A DNA stretch of 64,000 nucleotides from Hemiscyllium ocellatum (Eukaryota): assembly GCF_020745735.1 (NCBI RefSeq), contig NC_083417.1:72478001-72542000 (forward strand), read 5' to 3'. The translations under genes and the position numbers were made by a program. Shown here piece by piece: positions 1 through 12,854 of this stretch. Numbering within the stretch: the stretch's first letter is position 1; each line of letters starts with the position of its first letter. Under the pieces are notes generated by a model. That model saw only the letters and a list, made by a program, of their open reading frames with translations. It did not search any database and was not told the origin of the DNA.

Positions 1-525
1 CAATTCTGGTCTACTTCCTATCGGAAAGATGTTGTGAAACTTGAAAGGGTTCAGAAAATAGTTACAAGGATGTTGCCACGGTTGGTGGATCTGAGCTACA
101 GGGAGAGGCTGAACAGGCTGGGGCTGTTTTCCCAGGATCATCAGAGGCTGAGGGGTGACTTTATAGAGGTTTACAAAATTGTGAGGGGCATGGATAGGAT
201 ACATAGACAAAGTCTTTTCACTGGGGTCGGGAGTCCAGAACTAGAGGGCATAGGTTTAGGGTGAGAGTGGAAAGATATAAAAGAGACCTAAGGGCAGATT
301 TTTCACGTGGATTGTGGTGCTGTATGGAATGAGCTGCCAGAGGATGCGGTGGAGGCTGGTACAATTGCAACGTTTAAGAGTCATTTGGATGTGTACATGA
401 ATGGGAAGGGTTTGGAGGGATATGGGCTGGGTGATGGCAGGCGGGTTGGGATATCTGGTTGGCATGGACGGGTTGGGCCGAAAGGCCTGTTTTCATGCTG
501 TCCATCTCTATGACTTTATGACTGT
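1..525 (+). mobile_element. CR1 (HER1-like) LINE 3' end
   Basis: LERVQK..TRMLP...RLRGDFIEVYKI and WNELP, with a ctatgact tail. Confidence 0.9.
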
Positions 526-2132
526 ATAAGTTGAAACGGAATCGATCCAGGCGACAGTATCTGAGGGAAGAAATTCATCCACAGTTTTGCAAAATTACGA
601 CAGAATGATGTGAGGAAGATAACAGCTTAATATTGATAAGAAACATAAACATCTCTGTGAAACAGTCTGTGCTTCTATCTGCTAAGTGTATTTTTATTTG
701 CCCAGTGTAGTGGCTGCTTTTCGCCACTGCATACACTGGACTTTTTTCTTGGTATTTAGGTTTCGATGATGCACCGTAGTCATTGAAGGTAAACTAGTCT
801 GCTGTAGGTCATGCTCTGTCTTGTCTGAAAAACAGCATTGAAACTGATTTACCATTCATCTGAATCATTCTAGATGAAAATTACACAAAGCTATTTTTGA
901 CATTATCTTGAAATCAACTCATTCTAACGAATGAATTCATTATTTATACATATGAGCTGAAATGTACCTCTGTACATAATGCGATTTCTTCCTGTTTTTA
1001 GGCATGAATCCATCCTCAGAATCTACTCGGTTAAGAGCAGAGTATGTCAGCTTATCCTCAGGCATCTCTTGTTCTTTCTAGAAAGTCAAGATTTAACATT
1101 CAATTGGTTAGTTCATTTTGGAGACAAGAGACAAGCATACATTCTTAACGCAGGCAATTTGTTTCTTGTAGTGACTTTGCTAAAACTTCATTACAATCAT
1201 GATACTTTACAGTTCCTCACTCTGAACTGTTTGTTGCCAGGAAAATCACATCTAATCACAATAAGGAAACCTTATTGTTTCAATATTATTAATATTAATA
1301 TAGTTTGAATTCAAAGTTTACAGGAAAATACTGCAATTATGCAGAGTTCATGCATCAGTTCAATTTAATTACATTTTTGAATTCTGATAGGTGACTTTCT
1401 GTTTTATTACATTCTGCTGCAGATTGAGTATGCAGTACAGTTTATTAAGTGAGGCAAAAATAAATGTGTTTGCGTTTGCTTAATAACTATGAAAAAGAAT
1501 CACAGTTCTCAATGCTTCAACATAAAATTACAAGTGACAAATACTTGAAATGAGTTAGTAAAGTCTTTCATTCGGAGGGTATATGGTGCAGTATTTAATT
1601 GAAAATTCCCTCAAATTAAATCAGTAAATCAGTTAGAGAAAAGGACAAACTGTACTTACCACTGCTAATAGAAAATTAGTTTCAGAACCACCCTGTTCCT
1701 TTATGAATAAAGGAAGGTATTCCATTCTATTTCAGTAGGCCATATAAATACAGCCATTAAAGTTTTAATTGAAAATGAAGTTGCAATGTATTTTCAAAGA
1801 AGTCGCAAGAAATTCTTGATGCCAGATAGCATGTTTAAAGTAAATTATTGATGTTTTAAGTTAGAATATGTACCATTTATTTAGGGAGGTACATGTTCGG
1901 CTTGGTGACAATGAAAAAATGTAACAAAGACAGTGTGATTTTGTTTAAAATGTAAAACATAATATTTCAGTGCTCTAAAATGTGCCTTTTGGTCTTCAGT
2001 GAGGTATTTCTCAATCATAGACATTTTTGTTTTCTCTTTTGATCTGATCCACTGTTCGTGAAACAATGAAACGCAATCTAAGTATTGCATCTGGCTATGG
2101 GAGGATTTTATTCCATTACCTACAGCAGTGCA

Positions 2133-2550
2133 GTTTCAATATAGTCATAGAGATGGACAGCACGTAAACAGACCCTTCAGTCCAACTGGTTCATGCCGAC
2201 CAGACATCCCAATCCAATATAGTCCCACCTGCCAGCACCCAGCCTGTATCCCTCCAATACCTTCCTATTCACACACCCATCCAGATGCCTTTTAAATGTT
2301 GCAGTTGTACTAGTCTCCACCACTTCCTCTGGCAGCCCGTTCCACACACACAATAACTTCTGCATGAAAAGGTTGCCCTTTATGTCTCTATTATATCTTT
2401 CCCTTCTCACCCTAAACCCTCTAGTTCTGGAATCCCTACCCAGGGAAAAGACCTTGCCTATTTACCCTATCCATACCCCTCATGATTTATAAATCTCTGT
2501 AAGGTCACCCCTCAGCCTCCAATGCTCCAGAGAAGAAAGCCTTAGCCTAT
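2133..2550 (-). mobile_element. CR1 LINE 3' fragment
   Basis: ORF 2177-2410: WNGLPEEVVE...TFKRHLD. Confidence 0.85.
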
Positions 2551-2866
2551 TCAACCTATTAGATTACTTACAGTGTGGAAACAGGCCCTTCGGCCCAACA
2601 AGTCCACATCGACCCGCCGAAGCGCACCCACCCAGATCCATTTCCCTACATCTATTACTACGGGCAATTTAGCATGGCTAATTCACCTAATCTGCACATT
2701 TTTGGAATGTGGGAGGAAACTGGAGCACCCAGAGGAAACCCACGCAGTCACGGCGAGAATGTGCAAACTCCACACAGTCAGTTGCCTGAGGTGGGAACTC
2801 AACCCATCTCTCTGGCGCTGTGACGCAACAGTGCTAACCACTGTGCCACCGTAACCACTGTGCCAC
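2551..2866 (-). mobile_element. HE1-like tRNA-derived (V-)SINE
   Basis: Family core gggcaatttagcatggc.aattcacctaa.ctgcaca...gggaggaaac..gagcacc. The tRNA-like head is on the minus strand and the tail is CR1-like. Confidence 0.85.
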
Positions 2867-3387
2867 TGCGTCCCAAATGCCTTCTTCTTTGGCTCATCTG
2901 ATCAAACAAAAACTCACAGAAAAATATGCAGTGATGGATTACAGACTTTGTCCCAGTTTTCAGAAGACCTCCAAGAAAGGAATTTATTTTTTGCTACACC
3001 TGCAGCACACAAGTGGGTCTATTCTGCACGACATATGTTTTAACGGATAAATGCTTCGCATTAAGAGTCCAGTAGCGAAACAGCTTCTTGACTTCCTGCA
3101 ATCCAGGTAAGTTAACTACATCGTTGTCAGGGAGAGAGTTCCATTTACCAGATGCAATGAAAGGGTTATTTTGGTTGTATTAAATTCAAGGATGTAGAAT
3201 AAAAAACCTTTTTAAAAGCAAACTCAGGTCCACACCTGAATTGGAAACGATATAGCTGTTGAATTCATGCTTTAAAATGCATTTAAAGGGATGAAATCTG
3301 CTGGTCTATACTGCATTCAATTGCAATCAAGAATAAATATCTATAATTGCATGGTGCACTCTGGATTGACAACAGAGATTTCAAGGC

Positions 3388-3610
3388 AAAAGTGAGGACT
3401 GCAGATGCTGAAGATTAGAGTCAAGAGTGTGGTGATGTAAAAATACAGCAGGTCAGGCAGCATTTGAGGAGCAGAGGAGTCCACGTTTCGGGCAAAAGCC
3501 CTTCATCAAAGGCTGGTAATTCCTGGCCTCATTCTTGACGAAAGGCTTTTATCCTGCCCCTCAGAGGCTGCCTGACCTGCTGTATTTTTCCAGCATCAAA
3601 CTCTCAACAA
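3388..3610. repeat. Inverted-repeat Penelope-derived tail element
   Basis: Arms atacagcaggtcaggcagc / gctgcctgacctgctgtat flank a decayed hammerhead. Confidence 0.75.
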
Positions 3611-4235
3611 AAATTTGCCAAACTGTTCTAATTGTTCCTGGAAAAGTCTTACCTGCTCCTTTTCAGTTATCACAGACTGGAAGCTTCTTCTCACGTGTCA
3701 CTAATATCCACATTTTGAAAATTAAACCTGAGACAGGTTTGTATCACAATGGCTCATCCACTTGTTTTTCAAGATTGCAGCACATTGCACTGGCAGAGAG
3801 GCAGCCTGCAATAAAAGCTGCCTGAGGAAGCCAAGTTGGGCAAGCTGTCTGCATAATTTCTTGAGATCTTTGCCAGAGTCACTCGAGAGAAGTCAGTCAT
3901 AGTGACCAAACTCAGAGTAATGGATGAATTAATTTTCAACAGTGTAGTAAGAAAGGTGAGCGCAGTCATCTCTATTTGCAGTGAGAAACCTACCATTCAG
4001 AATAATCATCACTCCAGTGTAGCATTACGTCTATAATCAATGCAACAAAATTATTCATCATACTGTCACTTGTTAAGTATAAATGAAAAGTCATGCAAAT
4101 AAAAACAATTATAAATATATTTGAACATTTAAAATAGTTACAACCATTTTCTATTACTTTTATTTTGTTTTTATTCAGCTGATGTTGCGCAGCTGAGTGC
4201 TGATGGTATCTTCACGACTTATGTACAAGTTAGGA

Positions 4236-4240
4236 ATATA

Positions 4241-4273
<33 letters not shown>

Positions 4274-4280
4274 GTGTGTG

Positions 4281-4315
<35 letters not shown>

Positions 4316-4320
4316 GCGCG
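4236..4320. repeat. Compound microsatellite (GT)n(TA)n(CA)n
   Basis: Directly visible. Confidence 0.95.
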
Positions 4321-4521
4321 TTTCGAGTTTAAATTGTTCAACTAGACTTGAAAATTGAAAATGGTAAAAGCAATGACTGCAGATGCTGGAAACCAGATTC
4401 TGGATTAGTGGTGCTGGAAGAGCACAAAAGTTCGGGCAGCATCCGAGGAGCAGTAAAATCTATGTTTCGGGCAAAATGCCCTTCAAATTAAAACAGGTAG
4501 AAGAAAGTAAATTAGCCTCAC

Positions 4522-4714
4522 CACATCTTCATGCTGAGTTGGATTGAATGATTTTTTTCTTTCTTCCTCCTGAGAAATAAAAATGGCATAAGCCAACAAC
4601 AGAAAAAGGGTGATACTTGGACGTGTCAGCAACCAAAGAAATCAAAAGAAAATCGAATACTATTTGCAGTTGTAAACAGCGTAAAATAGGAACCAATAAC
4701 TTCGCACTACTAGT
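4522..4714 (-). pseudogene. Pseudogene A: candidate TM exon
   Basis: gtttag|ACT then TSSAKLLVPILRCLQLQIVFDFLLISLVA. Weak alignment to the B TM (LQIVF vs LKISF). The phase does not fit without an indel, and no C1 exon was found (a CR1 occupies the expected position). Confidence 0.3.
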
Positions 4715-4871
4715 CTAAACAATACACACAGATGCTTTGAATTTATGTCTTGAGGGTTGAAGCTATGGAAACTTCTTTCAGCATTGAATGTCTCTATCAT
4801 GACTTTGATCTATACTGATACAACATAGCAAAATGAAACTGCAACTCTTCTTATTGTATATTTGATGTGAA

Positions 4872-5312
4872 GCTAGGCCTCTGACAAGGTTGCACAAGGC
4901 AGGTTAGTCAGGAAGGTGAGGTCGCATGGGATCCAGAGAGAACTAGTTAATTGGTTACAAAATTGTCTTGATGGTAGGAAGCAGAGGGCGATGGTTGAAG
5001 GTCGTTTTTTCACACTGGAGACCTGTGACCCGTGGTGTGCCACAGGGGTCGATGCTGGGAACTTGTTATTTGCTATTTACATAAATGATCTGGATGTGAA
5101 TGTACCAGGCATGATTAGAAAGTTTGCAGATGATATAAAATTTTGAGGTATCGCTGATAGCGAGGAAGGTTACCAAAATTTACAGAGGGATCTTGATCAA
5201 ACGGGGAAGCCGGCTGAGAATTGGCAAATGCAATTCAATACAGGTAAATATGAAGTGTTGCACTTTGGAAAGTGAAACAAAGTTAGATCTTAAGTAGTAA
5301 ATGGTAAAGTCC
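4872..5312 (+). mobile_element. CR1 RT fragment
   Basis: LFAIYINDLD...IRKFADD. Confidence 0.85.
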
Positions 5313-5454
5313 TGACGAACATTTCAAAATGCACAACATTACCAATAATTTCAAGGATATTCATCCTGTTAACCTGTGTTCAAATGCAAAAAAAAATTAT
5401 TGAAACCAATTTCCATGAAAAAGCTAAATTCAAAAATCTGAAGCAACCCATGAA

Positions 5455-6245
5455 CAAATGCAGCAAAAACTGGACAACATCAAGGCTTGGGCTGAAAATT
5501 TGGAAGTAACATTCATGCCATACAAATGCCAGGTAAACACCATCTTCAACAAGAGACGATTCTAAATATTATGCCTTAACACAGTGGCATCATCATCAGT
5601 GATTCCCCTGACTATCTATATTTTGGGGGTTATCATTGAGCAGAAACAGAATTGGGCAAGCCACGGACATAGAACTTCAGGTCAAAGGTGAGGAATCCTG
5701 CAGCAAGTAACTCAACTGTTGACTCCCCAAAGCCTACTCACCATTCACAAGGTGCATGTTAGGAGTGTGTTAGAATGATCCCCATTTACCTGCATGCTGC
5801 AGGTCCAAAAGCACACAAACAATTTGACATAATCCAGCAAAAACCAACCATTTGAATGGCACCACATTCAGTCACTCCATTACAGATGCTCAGCAGCAAC
5901 GGTGTGTACCATTGAAATGCACTACAGAAATTCACCAAAGATCCTGACACAGCATCTTCCAAACACACACTCATTACCATCTAGCAGGACAAGGGCAGTT
6001 AGTATATGGGAATACACCATTTCCAGGTTTCTCCCGAGCCACTCACAATCCTGAAATCACTGTTCCTTTACTGTCGCTGGGACAAAATCATATAAATTCC
6101 TCCCTAACAGCTTTGTGGGTCTGCTTACAGCACATGGATTGCAGCAATTCAAGAATGCAGCTCACCACCACCTTGTCAAGGGCAACTAGGGACAGGCAAT
6201 AAATGCTGGACCAGCCAGCGATGCCCACTTTCCACAAGCATTTTT
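5455..6245 (+). mobile_element. 3' end of a second LINE family (L2/CR1-superfamily-like)
   Basis: Decayed RT C-terminus. The 3' end aagggcaactagggacaggcaataaatgctgg...cccac is the tail type that I recall for the second SINE family. Confidence 0.6.
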
Positions 6246-6351
6246 AAAATTGAGCATATCTCAAACTTTGCAGTGTCATTGGCTCTCCAGGTCCTCCAAT
6301 GTTCTTAAACATGTTTCATTTTAAGTAAATGCAAATTTTTGCATAATATTT
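6245..6351 (-). pseudogene. Pseudogene A: 5' part of Cys-containing exon X, cut by a LINE
   Basis: ctacag|AA then EILCKNLHLLKM...ANDTAKFEIC. Aligns by eye with pseudogene B exon X (EKKC...HFFGM...NCT..ANGIEIC). Confidence 0.5.
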
Positions 6352-6394
6352 CTGTAGCTAATAACGTGTTTTTTTTTGGTGACACACAGGGTAA

Positions 6395-6695
6395 ATGGAT
6401 CTCTGGCCCAGAAGGCAGTTAACGTTCAACCACATTACTGTGGCTCTAGAATCACATGTAGACCAGACTGGATAAGGATAGCAATTTCCTTATCAAAATG
6501 TCATTAGCAAACCAGACAGGTTTTTCTGATAACCGATCATGGCTTAACATTCATTATTAGACGTTCACTTCCAGATTCTTTTTTGAATTCAAATTTCATC
6601 ATCTGCCATGGCAGGATTTGAATTCAGATTCCCAGAATACTGGTTGAGTTTCTAGATTGATTGTCTAGTGATAATTCCAATAAGCTATTGCCTTC
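6395..6695 (-). mobile_element. Second tRNA-derived SINE family
   Basis: The reverse strand carries a B-box-like gaattcaaatcctgccatggcagatg and the family body. A truncated copy lies at about 50490-50630. Confidence 0.6.
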
Positions 6696-6770
6696 TCAAC
6701 TGTTTGGCTTGTTGTTGTTGATTGCTTTTTAAACAGTTAAAACTCCACATTAATGTGCAGAGGCATTTAC

Positions 6771-7081
6771 CAAATACGGTAAGTTGCACAGAAGTTTATT
6801 TTCCAACTATTCGACGCTGATATTTGACGACACAGTAATATGTTGCAGTATCCTGGACAGTTACATTCAGAAAATTAAGGTAGGCTACTCCTTTAGTGAC
6901 ATTGAAAAACTTGCTGCTATCCTCCTGCAGAAAGGTTTTGTCACCTTCTCTCCGACAGTAAGCAATAACATTTGAATAGCCGATTTTGAGGAAGAAAAGA
7001 CAAAGCAAGAAACGGTTGAACCCCTCTAAGCTGTTATTCATTTCAGATGTGGATTCACTTTGGCCAAAATACTCACAGCAG
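6771..7081 (-). pseudogene. Pseudogene A: disabled VJ-type V exon
   Basis: gatag|CT to G|GTAAAT, 311 nt. Reads AAVSILAKVNPHLK*ITA*RGSTV(fs)LLCLFFLKIGYSNVIAYCRREG...LNVTVQDTATYYCVVKYQRRIVGK*TSVQLTVF. Three stops, one frameshift, core Trp changed to Cys. Confidence 0.85.
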
Positions 7082-7280
7082 CTATCAACCAAAGAAACAC
7101 ACTGAGATTAAACAAGAAGGACAGTCTGCACCAAATAACATTGTTATTCCAGACGATTGATGCAACAATACTTTATGGCACTTTACTCATCAACTAATTC
7201 TCCAGTTTTTAAATTATTGGTCGAATTGAATGCCATATTTTCTTCCTACTAACTTAGTGGAAAATGAGTTCTGGGAATAC

Positions 7281-7317
7281 TTAACTTGAAAAAGAAGACA
7301 ATAATAAAAGGTATCAA
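7281..7317 (-). pseudogene. Pseudogene A: leader-like exon, start codon apparently lost
   Basis: TTG-initiated LIPFIIVFFFKL then A|GTATTC. The TTA A|GT junction matches the pseudogene B leader, with a 199-bp intron to V. Confidence 0.4.
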
Positions 7318-8404
7318 TTTATTTGTCAAATGTTTTTAAGTACATATTGCGTCTTGATTACGAATAGTGAAGCTGTATAGCAAAAGAAACATGTACCTGC
7401 ACAAAAGATTCACTGCAAACAGACATCCCCTTGTCAATGCCATATAGAAATATTGGTAGTTGTGACTGAGGACAAAATAGATAAATTATTGTTAAATGCT
7501 TGTCTCTGTGCCTCATTTAATCATATACGTATGTGTGGTCAATAAGCACACGACTAATTGCTGCATTAACAAAAATATCTTTTCAAATAAGATCTGCTGT
7601 TTTTGCTATGGGAAACTGCCACAAAAATTGTGACACTAGATAGGGTACAGAAGGGTATTTGGGAGATTACTGTTGGGACTTGAAAATGTGGCTGAGGAAA
7701 GATTAGATGGGATGATGCTTTTGTCTTTCAAATAAGCTGAGCCTGAGGGAAAAATTGATTGAGATGCACAAAACTGAGATGGGCTGAGACACAGTCAATT
7801 GGGAAGAGGTCATTAACCTTCATACTGAGGTCAGTGATTGGGGGTCTCAGATTTAAAGAGATTGTTGTAAAACCTTAACAATGGGATGATGAAACATTTC
7901 CAGAGTGTGGTAGACATCTGGAACATGTGGCTTGAAAGGAAATTAGAGGTAGGCACATTTACTCTTTCACAAGTAACTTTGTTTGGATATGTACTTGACG
8001 TGCTGTAATCTGCCATACTTCTATGATGATACTGTCGCTTTAAAAGGATATTTTATCCTTTTTTTAAGAGAGGTTGAAAGGCAAATGCGCTGAGCTGTCT
8101 CTAAAAATGTAAACAATTTGTGAGGCCTTGGCTTTTTTTAAAGTTGTAACAATGGAAACAACCTGGGTGTGGCCAGCTCTCAAAGACCTGATTTTCTACG
8201 TTTTTGTTTTCTAGGACCTGCATTTCTAGATACGTCTGAATGTTAATGTTCCTTTTGGTTCTGCATTTACAGTATAACTGTATTCATTTCTCCTGATGTG
8301 GTCTCATCTACATCAGAGAGACTAAGCGCAAACTATGGGACCAGTTCAGGGAAGATCTTTAGTCTGCACACTCCAATCAACCCCACCTCCCAGTTCCCAG
8401 CCAT

Positions 8405-9965
8405 TTCATAGAACACAGAACATAGAAAAATACAGCGCAGTACAGGCCCTTCGGCCCTCGATGTTGCGCCAACCGAAGCCTACCTAACCTACACTAGCCC
8501 AAAAACCTCCATATGCTTATCCAATGCCCGTTTAAATAACCATAAAGAGGGAGAGTCCACCACTGCTACTGGCAGGGCATTCCATGAACTCACAACCCGC
8601 TGAGTAAAGAATCTACCCCTAACATCTGTCCTATACCAACCTCCCCTTAATTTAAAGCTGTGTCCCTGAGTAACAGCTGACTCCATACGCGGAAAAAGGT
8701 TCTCACTGTCAACCCTACCTAAACCCCTAATCATCTTGTACACCTCTATCAAGTCACCCCTAAACCTTCTTTCCTCCAATGAGAACAGCCACAAGTGCCT
8801 CAGCCTTTCCTCATACGATCTTCCTACCATGCCAGGCAACATCCTGGTAAACCTCCTCTGCACCCGTTCCAGTTCCTCCACATCCTTCCTATAGTATGGC
8901 GACCAAAACGGCACACAATACTCCAGATGAGGCCGCACCAGAGCTTTTACAACTGCAACATGACCTCAGGACTCCGGAACTCAATTCCTCTACCAATAAA
9001 GCTCAGTACGTCAATTGCCTTCTTCACAGCACTATTTACCTGAGTGGCAACTTTCAGAGATCTGTGTACATGGACACCAAGATCCCTCAGCTCATCCACA
9101 CTACCAAGTAGCCTACCATTAGCCCAGTAATCCATCTTCTTGTTACTCCTACCAAAGTGAATGACTTCACACTTAGCTACATTGAACTCCATTTGCCACC
9201 TTTCTGCCCAGCTCTGCAGCTTATCTATATCCCGCTGTAACCTGCCACATCCTTCTTCGCAGTCCACCATTCCACCGACTTTCGTATCATCCGCAAACTT
9301 GCTCACCCAGGCTTCAAGCCCCTCCTCCAGGTCATTTATAAAAATGACAAACAGCAATGGTCCCAAAACAGATCCTTGTGGAACACCGCTAGTAACTGCA
9401 CTCCAAGATGAACCTTTGCCATCAACTACTACCCTCTGTCTCCTTCGAGCCAGCCAATTCCTAATCCAAACTTCTAATGCACCCTCAATGCCATACCTCC
9501 GTAATTTTTGCAGTAGCTTATCATGGGGTACCTTATCGAACGCCTTGCTAAAATCCACATACACCACATCTACTGCTTTACCCTCGTCCACTTCCTTGGT
9601 CACCTTCTCAAAGAACTAAATAAGGTTTGTGAGGCACGACCTGCCCTTCACAACACCATGCTGACTATTCTTGATCACATTATTCCTATCCAGATGTTCA
9701 TAAATCCTATCCATTACAATTCTCTCTAAGACTTTACCTACAACAGAAGTGAGACTCACTGGCAGAAAGTTACTAGGGCTATCCGTACTCCCCTTCTTGA
9801 ACAAGGGGACCACATTCGCTATCTTCCAGTCTTCTGGCGCTATTCCTGTTGACAACGACGACATAAAAATCAAGGCCAATGGCTCCGCTATCTCCTCCCT
9901 AGCTTCCTAGAGGATCCTAGGATAAATGCCATCAAGTCCAGGGGACTTATCTATTTTTAACCTTT
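8405..9965 (-). mobile_element. Relatively young 5'-truncated CR1 LINE
   Basis: ORFs 9616-9879, 8947-9603 and 8489-8938 contain YVDFSKAFDKVPH, GVPQGSVLGPLLFVIFINDL and KFADDTK. Confidence 0.97.
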
Positions 9966-10009
9966 CCTTTATTCCCCAGACCTCTTCTTTACATACCTCA
10001 AAGCCATTT

Positions 10010-10470
10010 CAACTCGCCCTCCCTTTCCCTCAATGACATATCTATCCCAGGTCTCCTCCATTGTCAAAATAAGGTCATCCACAAACTGGAGGAAGAACAC
10101 CTCATCTTCCACCTTTGGAGCTTAAGAACGTATAGCTTCAAAATAGACTTAACCAGTTTCCAAATTTCCCTAACCCTACTTTATCCTAGGTGCAGCCCTG
10201 CCTCTCTACCTTGCCGTCTTGACTGGATCTCACCTGTCCATCTTCCTCCCTATCTATCTGTTCAACCCTTTCCACTGACTAATCACAATCACCTGCATCC
10301 ACCTATCACCTCTGCAACTTCCTTGCCCCCAGCCCCACTCCCCTCCATCTAATTATTTTTAAGGCCCCTTCCCCCTCCCCAGACCTACTGAAGGGTCCTG
10401 CTGGAAATATTAATACTTCTGATCCACTGATGCTGCTTGAATAGTGTGCTTTTTCCAGCTCTACATTTTA
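10010..10470 (+). mobile_element. Penelope-like element 3' remnant
   Basis: LEEEHLIFHL resembles a GIY-YIG C-terminus. It is followed by a pyrimidine-rich UTR and a decayed gaagggtc...gaaa motif near 10390. Confidence 0.55.
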
Positions 10471-11950
10471 TCAACTCTATATCCTGTTTATCCTTTTGCA
10501 ATCGTCAGCACTATCATCAACTTCATCAATCTTCATGTCATCTGCAAACTTACTAATCAGACCACTCACATCTTCCTCCAGGTCATGTATGTATACTACA
10601 AACTACAGGGGACCTGAGACTGATCCCTGTGGAACCCAGTTACTGGTCTCCATTCTGAAAAACACTCCTCCACCTCTATCCTTTGTCTGCTATGACCAAG
10701 CAAATTTTGCATCCATCTAGCCAGCCTACCCCGAATCCCCTGTAATTTCAGTTTTTGTACCAATCTGCAGTGTGGGACTTTATCAAATGCCTTCCTAAAG
10801 TCCACATTAACTGCATTCACAGCTTTTCCCTCATCAATAATTCTCATCACCACTTCAAATAATTCAAGCAGGTTGGTGCAACATGACGTTCCCAATCCAA
10901 AGCCATGGTTCCTGTTACTAACCAGTTCATTTTCTTCCAATTGTGTCGAGAATAACCTTGATTATCCAAACGAGACAAGCGGAAGTATTTTGTTAGGATA
11001 ACTGATTGTTTGGATTACTGATCTGAATGTAAACAAATGAAGCATTTATGGGACCTTGAGGTCTTGTTTGGATAATCCGAAATTCGGATAATTGATTTTC
11101 AGATAACTGAGGTTGTTCTGTATCTATCTTAGATCCTCAGTATCTTCTCCAAGAGTGTCCCCACCACAGATATCAGGATCGCTGGCCTATAATTGCCTGG
11201 ATCATCCCTGCTTTCTTTCTTAAACAAAGGGATAACATTGCCTATCTCCAGTCCTTTGGAACCTCACCTGTGGTCAAAGAGGATGTGAATATGCCTGCTA
11301 ATGCCCCAGCTATTTCTTTCATGGCCTCTTGCAGTGACCTGGGATAAATCCCATCTGGCCCTGGGGACCCGTCTCCATTAATACAATTTAAGATACGCAA
11401 ACCTTCCTCCTTTAACATATTGACATTCTCACGAGCATTCACATACTCATCCCTGATCTCAACATCAGTCATGTCCTTCCACTCAGTGAATACCGAAACA
11501 AAGTATTTGAAGTATCTCTCCCACTTCCTGTGGTTCACTGCATAAATTACCTCCTTTATCCTTGAGTGGGCATGTTCTTTCCCTTGCTACCATCTTTCTT
11601 CTAATATAAGCATTAAAAAGCCTTAGGATTCGCCTTGAACCTGTTTGCTAAAGGCATTTCATGGCCACTTTTAGCTTTCCTAATTCGGTGTTGAAGTTCG
11701 TTCCTAATTTCTCAAAACTCCTCCAGGACTTTGCCAGTTGGTATCGAATGCTACCGTTTTCCTTTTGACTATGCTTAAAATTTCCCTTGTCATCCATATT
11801 TCCAGAATGCTGCCATTCCTATCCTTCAGTTCTGCAGCGATATACATGTCCTGCACGTTAATCAACCGGTCTTCAAAAGCCTCCTACATGCTAGACATAG
11901 ATTTGCCCTCAAATAATTGCTCCCAATCCACATTCCCCAGTTTCTGTCTA
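10470..11950 (-). mobile_element. CR1 ORF2 fragment with nested MITE
   Basis: DFRKAFDKVPH and SPGPDGIYPR..E motifs. Confidence 0.9.
10945..11122. mobile_element. pogo/Tigger-like MITE
   Basis: Ends aataaccttgattatcc / gataactgaggttgttctg-TA. Related to the left end of the 17413 element. Confidence 0.6.
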
Positions 11951-11959
11951 ATGTGTGTA

Positions 11960-12240
11960 GATTAGATTCTCTACAGTGTGGAAACAGACCATTTGCCCAA
12001 CATGTCCACTCTGTCCCTCCGCAGAGTAACCCAACAGATCCCATTCCCTCTGACTAAAGCACATAACACCATGGACAATTTAGCATGGCCAATTCACCTG
12101 ACCTGCAAATCCTTGGAGTGTGGAAGAAAACCAGAGCACCCGAAGGGAACTCCACACAGACAGCCGCCCAAGACAGGAATCAAACCCAGGCTACTGGTGC
12201 TGTGAAGCAGTACTGCTAACCACTAAGCCAGCATGCCACC
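11960..12240 (-). mobile_element. HE1-like SINE
   Basis: Same core as 2551-2866. Confidence 0.85.
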
Positions 12241-12854
12241 CTATTTAAGCACCCTCACCCTAGGGCCACTACTCGCCCAAAGATTGGGTTTCACCGTATC
12301 TAACCTATCTGCAATTTATTTCTTGTTTTTCTTGAAAACATTTGAATCTTGAAACTTCAAATAAAGTCCGATATTGTGAAACATCCTCCTGATTTAACAC
12401 TTCAACAAAACTGCACTATGACTAAAAGCGAGATACACCACCACATAGTGCCCACCTTTGAATTCATGACTGATATTCCTGAAATATAACATACCTCCCT
12501 TTATGTTCAGCAATCTTAAGATTAAAAATTGCTAGTTTAGAAAAATGAAGCATTGTCAATAAAATTAAAAATTGACAAAGTCACAAGTCAATATTTTTGC
12601 TAAAATACACCCCTCTCAATTTCATTTCCTACCGTCAACTCTTTGATCACATTATGAAATAAATGACACATAGAATCAGAAAACTGATACCTGCTTTGCT
12701 GGTAGACAGCTGGTGGTGATTGTTGCATATTTGTGTATGATGTTTGTAGATGAAACTGCCCTTGAATGGTAACATAAATCATGATGTGATGATCTCCTAA
12801 CAGATGTGGACATAACAATCCCAAATCTAAACTTTAAACATGCTAGTATGACAG

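Noticed and set aside
2573-2854. ORFs within HE1-like SINEs (also 16646-17038, 20713-21033, 24485-24827, 25574-25900)
   Set aside because: Chance frames in a non-coding repeat.
3769-3996. Alternative TM exon for pseudogene A (EMTALTFLTTLLKINSSITLSLV, phase-1 acceptor)
   Set aside because: Too Ser/Thr-rich, no good donor, and less similar to the B TM than the 4522-4714 candidate. Not fully excluded.
7082-7141. Leader fused to V in one exon in pseudogenes A and B (in-frame hydrophobic WC...NL...LI upstream of both V exons; also 56789-56840)
   Set aside because: Both copies have an AG at the same point. Separate leader exons with phase-1 donors lie 173-199 bp upstream, so the T-rich stretch is better read as an intron end.
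8050-8400. Possible LTR fragment
   Set aside because: Only vague similarity; no TG...CA ends, TSD or partner found.
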